Below the pieces are notes generated by a model. The model saw only the letters and a list, made by a program, of their open reading frames with translations, ran no database searches and had not been told where the DNA came from. Positions 59,994-64,000 of a stretch of 64,000 nt of DNA are shown piece by piece. The DNA comes from Lama guanicoe. Lineage: Eukaryota. Location of the stretch: NCBI GenBank assembly GCA_013239625.1, contig MU057344.1, forward strand, positions 932,276 through 996,275, in the 5' to 3' direction. A program made the position numbers and the translations under genes. Within the stretch, counting starts at the first letter, position 1; every line of letters starts with the position of its first letter.

Positions 59994-61936
59994 TCACTCC
60001 CCAGCTGCCCCCGCCTGCCGGGCTCCTGCCCCACCAGAGCCTCTCTGCCCCTCGTCAGCGGCACCCCGAGCCCCACTTCCTGATCTGGGGCTCCTGCCTC
60101 AGGGCCCCGCTGGGGCTCCGGGCCCTTCTCCTCTGGGACCCTGGGACCTGGTTGCTGTCTTGCTGGGTGGCTGGCTGTACAACGGAGGTGGATAAATGAC
60201 TTTGGGGTGAATGAAGCCGCCTCCCACCTCAGGACACAGCTCAGCTCTGCAGGGTGGGCTGGGTTCAAGGTCTCCCCTCCTGGCCAGTGGGGCTACGTGG
60301 CTGAGGGCAGGCGTCCTTTTGAAACTACTTTCCTATCTTTTTAGGAGAAAAATAATTCACTTTCTCTAGAAGGCTTTTTAAACATAATTAGCCTCTGAAG
60401 ACACGGTTGTCCAGTTTATTTTGTGGGGAGGGGCTCTTGGGGTGGTGGGGGCTGGGCGATGCAGGAGAGAAGGAAAGCCGTCTGCAAACTGTCTGGAGAG
60501 TTTCAAAGTTGGAGAAACCATAAAAAAGAAAATAAGGAATAACAGAAAGCGGGGTTGCCCTGGAAACCGCCCCTCCCCGCCCCGGGCCCGCTGGGCTGGC
60601 ACCGGAGCTTGGAAAAAGCTCGCCGGGCTGGCCTGGGCTCCCACCAGGAACGCGGCCGCAGCTGAAACAGGGCGCGGGAGTCGGCTCCCACCGTCAGAGA
60701 ACATTCCAGCACCCGGGGCTGAAGACAGGGGCGGGCCGCTTCCCTCGTTGCCGGCTGCCCTCCGACTCCGGCCAGCCCGGGGGCTGCGGACGCCCTGCGT
60801 TCCTGGGGCAGGACGGGAAAGGGCCTCTGGGGCTGGCAGGAATTTGCTCAGCCCTGAGTCAGTTCCTTCGGAAGAAACCACGGTTCTGGGGGGCCGGGGG
60901 GCCTGGGAGGGGGCCCACATTCCACAGCCGGGGCACCGGGCCTCCCTGGCCGGCCTGGAGGAAAACCACGCATGGCAACACCGCAGTGTTTCCAAGCAGC
61001 CGGTTTCTAGGTGTTCCCAGGAACACACAGCACCCCAGCCCACGGCCAAGGGCGCCGCTGCAGAGCCGGCGAGCTCTGAGCGGGCAGCGGCCGCAGAGCC
61101 GAGCCCCAGCCTCATCTGACCTTGGTCCCGGGGCCCTTCTCCCAGCAGATGGGAAAGGGCCTGGCTGGGGGCCATCTTGCAGCCTCAGAAACCACCAGGG
61201 CCTGGCCCCAGCCGCCACGTGGGCCTGTTGTGGGCCTGGGGCCCAGTGTCCCTGCCAAGCCTGGTGTGGCCTGGCCCACGTTTCAGAGACTCGGCCGTTC
61301 ACCTGGCTTCGCCCCTTACAGCCTGGAAATCCAGCCGATCGCCTGCTGGCCTCTCCTAGCCAGAGCCCGGGAGGGGGCGGGGGTGTCGCCCTCCACCACG
61401 CTGGGGTCCCAGGGTTCTGATGGGGTGACCCTGGTGCTGGCCCTCCTGGCCGGTCCGCAGGTGAGTGTGGCTGCTGTTGGAACAGCCAGTGCCAGCCCAG
61501 AGCAGGAGGTGGGGCACTGCCTGGAGCCTGGGCCCCCTCCGCCCCAACACTGGCCTGCCAGCCTTCCAGTCAGGACCCCAGAGACAAACAGCCAGGAACA
61601 CACACCCTGGCCAAGGGGACACGGAGGCCCCCTGCCCGGCACCCGCGGTCCTTTGAGAGGCCACGCTTTGGTGAGGCCCTGGGCCTGTTGCACACCCTCC
61701 ACCTGCCAGGGCAGTTTTCGTGCGGCCTCGGGGCACCCGGGGAGCCCGCCCGAGGCCCTGGGGGCTGCCCTCCCAGTTCCCGGCTGCCCTCATCAAGACA
61801 GCTGTTGCATTTAGGGCCGTGCTCAGAGGATGACAGCAGGCAGCCTGTCCTCAGAGCTCAACATAAACCATCCATTCGGATCGTGGAGCCACAGCTGGAG
61901 ACACCTCCCGGCCATGTCCACCCACTGCCCTCCTAC

Positions 61937-61983
61937 CTGGGAAGGCCGCTGCCGCTGGCTCTGCCATGGCCGCCCTGTCAGGC
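61937..61983 (-). CDS. MORN1: MORN1 penultimate exon (47 nt)
   Basis: Minus strand: ttctcttctccccacAG|GCCTGACAGGGCGGCCATGGCAGAGCCAGCGGCAGCGGCCTTCCCAG|GTAGGA, giving (R)PDRAAMAEPAAAAFP(G). The phase-1 G joins the terminal exon in frame. Resembles recalled human RPEGRATEEQAAAAHLG. Confidence 0.85.
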
Positions 61984-63649
61984 CTGTGGGGAGAAGAGAA
62001 GGCCCCTGAATGCCCTGCCCGGGGTCCCACGCACCCAGGGGCCCTGAGGACAGCAGAGGCCTCAGGTGGGCCCGCACACGTCCGCCCTGCCCCGCTGGGC
62101 CTGCCTCTCCTTTGACGGGCAGTGCGTACAAGCCCCCTGGCTGCTCCACCTGCACCTGGAGGGAAGGGTCCCCACCGGGCCTGCCCCCTGAACTTCACCA
62201 TCTACACCCAAACGTGCTCATGGACAGACAGACGGCTCCCGTCCCACAGCCTCAGAACTTAGATGTCGCTTCGAGAAGTGGGGCTCGGCCCTGCCTGGAG
62301 GGCTCACAACGCGGAGCAGACGGACCGCTTGGGAAACAGCAGACGGGGTGCGCGGAGTCTGCTTGAACGAAAGAGCAAGAAGGGACGGGGGCAGCCGGGG
62401 CTCCGTGGGGTGGGGCGGGGGTGCTGTGTGCCCTTGCGAGGCAGGAAAGAAAATGCAGCCGCGAAGCTGGAAGTGGGCCAAGCTGGGGGCAGGCCTGCCC
62501 GTCCTGGGGATGGAGACTCACTTCTGGCCGCAGCTGCGTGGCCCCCAGGCCCCAGCTCCGTGCTTCCATCTGGGCCACGCAGGCCTCTGCTCTGCAGCGA
62601 GTGATGGGCCCACCCTGCTACCCACAGGGAGGGTCATCTGTCTGGGTGGACCTGGCTGTGTCCTGGCCAGGTCACCCGCCTGGGCTCTGCCTTGGAGGGA
62701 AGTGCGGGTGGCCCCATGCGGCCCTGTGCCCCTAGCTGAGCCCGGGCCCGCATCCCCGGTTTCTGCTCCTGAGCCAGGCCCTTGGCCTCCTCCACACCCC
62801 TGGGGGACAAGGGAGCCGGCACCGTGTGGACGGCCAACCTGAATCCTGGGGCCGCTAGAGGCACGGGGGTCCCAGGTGTACCAGGCTGGGCTTTGCCCTG
62901 AATTCTCCTGCAGAGGGACTTGGGGGAAGCCAGGAGCCCCCACCATGCCCTTCGTGGCTAGTGGTTTCTGGTCACCAGGGCCACGGTGAGCGCTGGGGCT
63001 CCTGGCACCGGCTCGGTGACCTGTCAGGTACTGACCCCTTGCCAGGCTGAAATACCACAGGCGTGGTTTGGGTGATAAAAAAATTAAGGACAAAAGATTT
63101 TTAAATTACTTCATTTCGAGTGGGGGAAAATGGGCCTTGGCTGGGACCCAGGAGCCACGTTAAAGATTCTGAAGTGTGGGGAAGGAGGGAAGGCAGATAA
63201 ATAATTCAGCTCTAAGAATAACCAGGACCTGTCAGGCCGCCAGCTTTAAGAGAAATAAACGGGGTTCCAAGAGTTCTGAGAGTTTTTACAGAACCCCCAG
63301 GGCTTCGAGAAAGCAGAGGCAGAGCCAGCAAGGAGCCGGAGGCGGTGCGGAGTGACCGGGTGGCTCGCGCAGACCCGAGGGGTCAAGGCCCGGTGGCCTG
63401 GAGACCCGCCGCTGAGCGCGCAGCTGTGGCACCGGGCAGGGGTGTGCGGGGAGGTTCTGTCCGGCCGCAGAGACTTCGACTGGGCACCAGCTGCGCACAC
63501 AGCGCTGGGCTGAGCCCCCAGGAGTCAGGAGGGAGCAGAGCTGGGACGCCAACGAATCCACTCTGACTCTAGGTCCGCGAGAAAGGGCGCTGAGGAGACT
63601 CGCGACCCGGGCTGGGGAGGGGCCGGGCCTTCCCTTCACCTGTGGTCCG

Positions 63650-64000
63650 TGTCCTCATCTTGTGTTTCTGGTGCCTGAGGCCCTTGAGTGTCTGGGATCT
63701 GTGGGTTTATCACTTTCATCAAATTTTTAAACATTTGGCCGTTACATCTTCAAATACTTTTTCCGCTCCTCCTCGCCCCACCACCGGGGAGCCTCCGATT
63801 CTGTGTGTATTTGGTCTCTTGAAGTCTCACGGTTTAATGAGCAAGTTCTGCTTTCTGAGTCCAGTCTTGTGTTTCTCTCTGGGTTTCGCTGTGGATGGCC
63901 GTGTCCTCAAGTCCACGCGCCCTCCTCGGCTGTCACCTCTGCCCCGCGCGGTTTCATCTCTGGGCGTTTGACTTGGGGTTTTCATCCCGTCCGCATCCCT
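63650..64000 (-). mobile_element. Old L1M 5'-region fragment inside a MORN1 intron
   Basis: tctgggatctgtgggtttatcactttcatcaaatttttaaacatttggccgttacatcttcaaatactttttcc is similar to 10255-10340 within the large L1 block. Confidence 0.65.

Noticed and set aside
62516-62802. Possible extra MORN1 exon on - (acceptor near 62800, GTGAGT donor at 62521-62516)
   Set aside because: The translation resembles no MORN1 sequence I recall, and the 47-nt exon at 61937-61983 already fits the terminal exon in phase.

Overview
GC-rich mammalian genomic DNA. Two tRNA-derived SINEs of the camelid type suggest camel, alpaca or vicuna; the gene order matches human 1p36.33. Bases 1-40227 are the distal part of the long first intron of SKI (+ strand). 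SKI coding exons 2-7 lie at 40228-43404, followed by a ~2.8 kb 3'UTR. An intergenic interval with an orphan CpG island (~51.2-53.0 kb) separates SKI from the convergent 3' end of MORN1 (- strand; last two exons 61983-61937 and 59971-59823, AATAAA at 59788-59783). Old L1, L2 and MER5A remnants are present, many strongly drifted towards GC. Nearly all listed six-frame ORFs are by-products of high GC content. Most notable: a near-identical 1.68 kb tandem duplication in SKI intron 1 (recent CNV or assembly artefact); a 93-nt in-frame, stop-free SKI intron 2 with a weak donor and a perfect G-quadruplex motif; a 12-bp duplication across the SKI stop codon; and hints of an unannotated + strand spliced transcript between SKI and MORN1. 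No new protein-coding system can be supported. Gene and repeat identities come from my recall of the proteins and consensus sequences, not from database searches.
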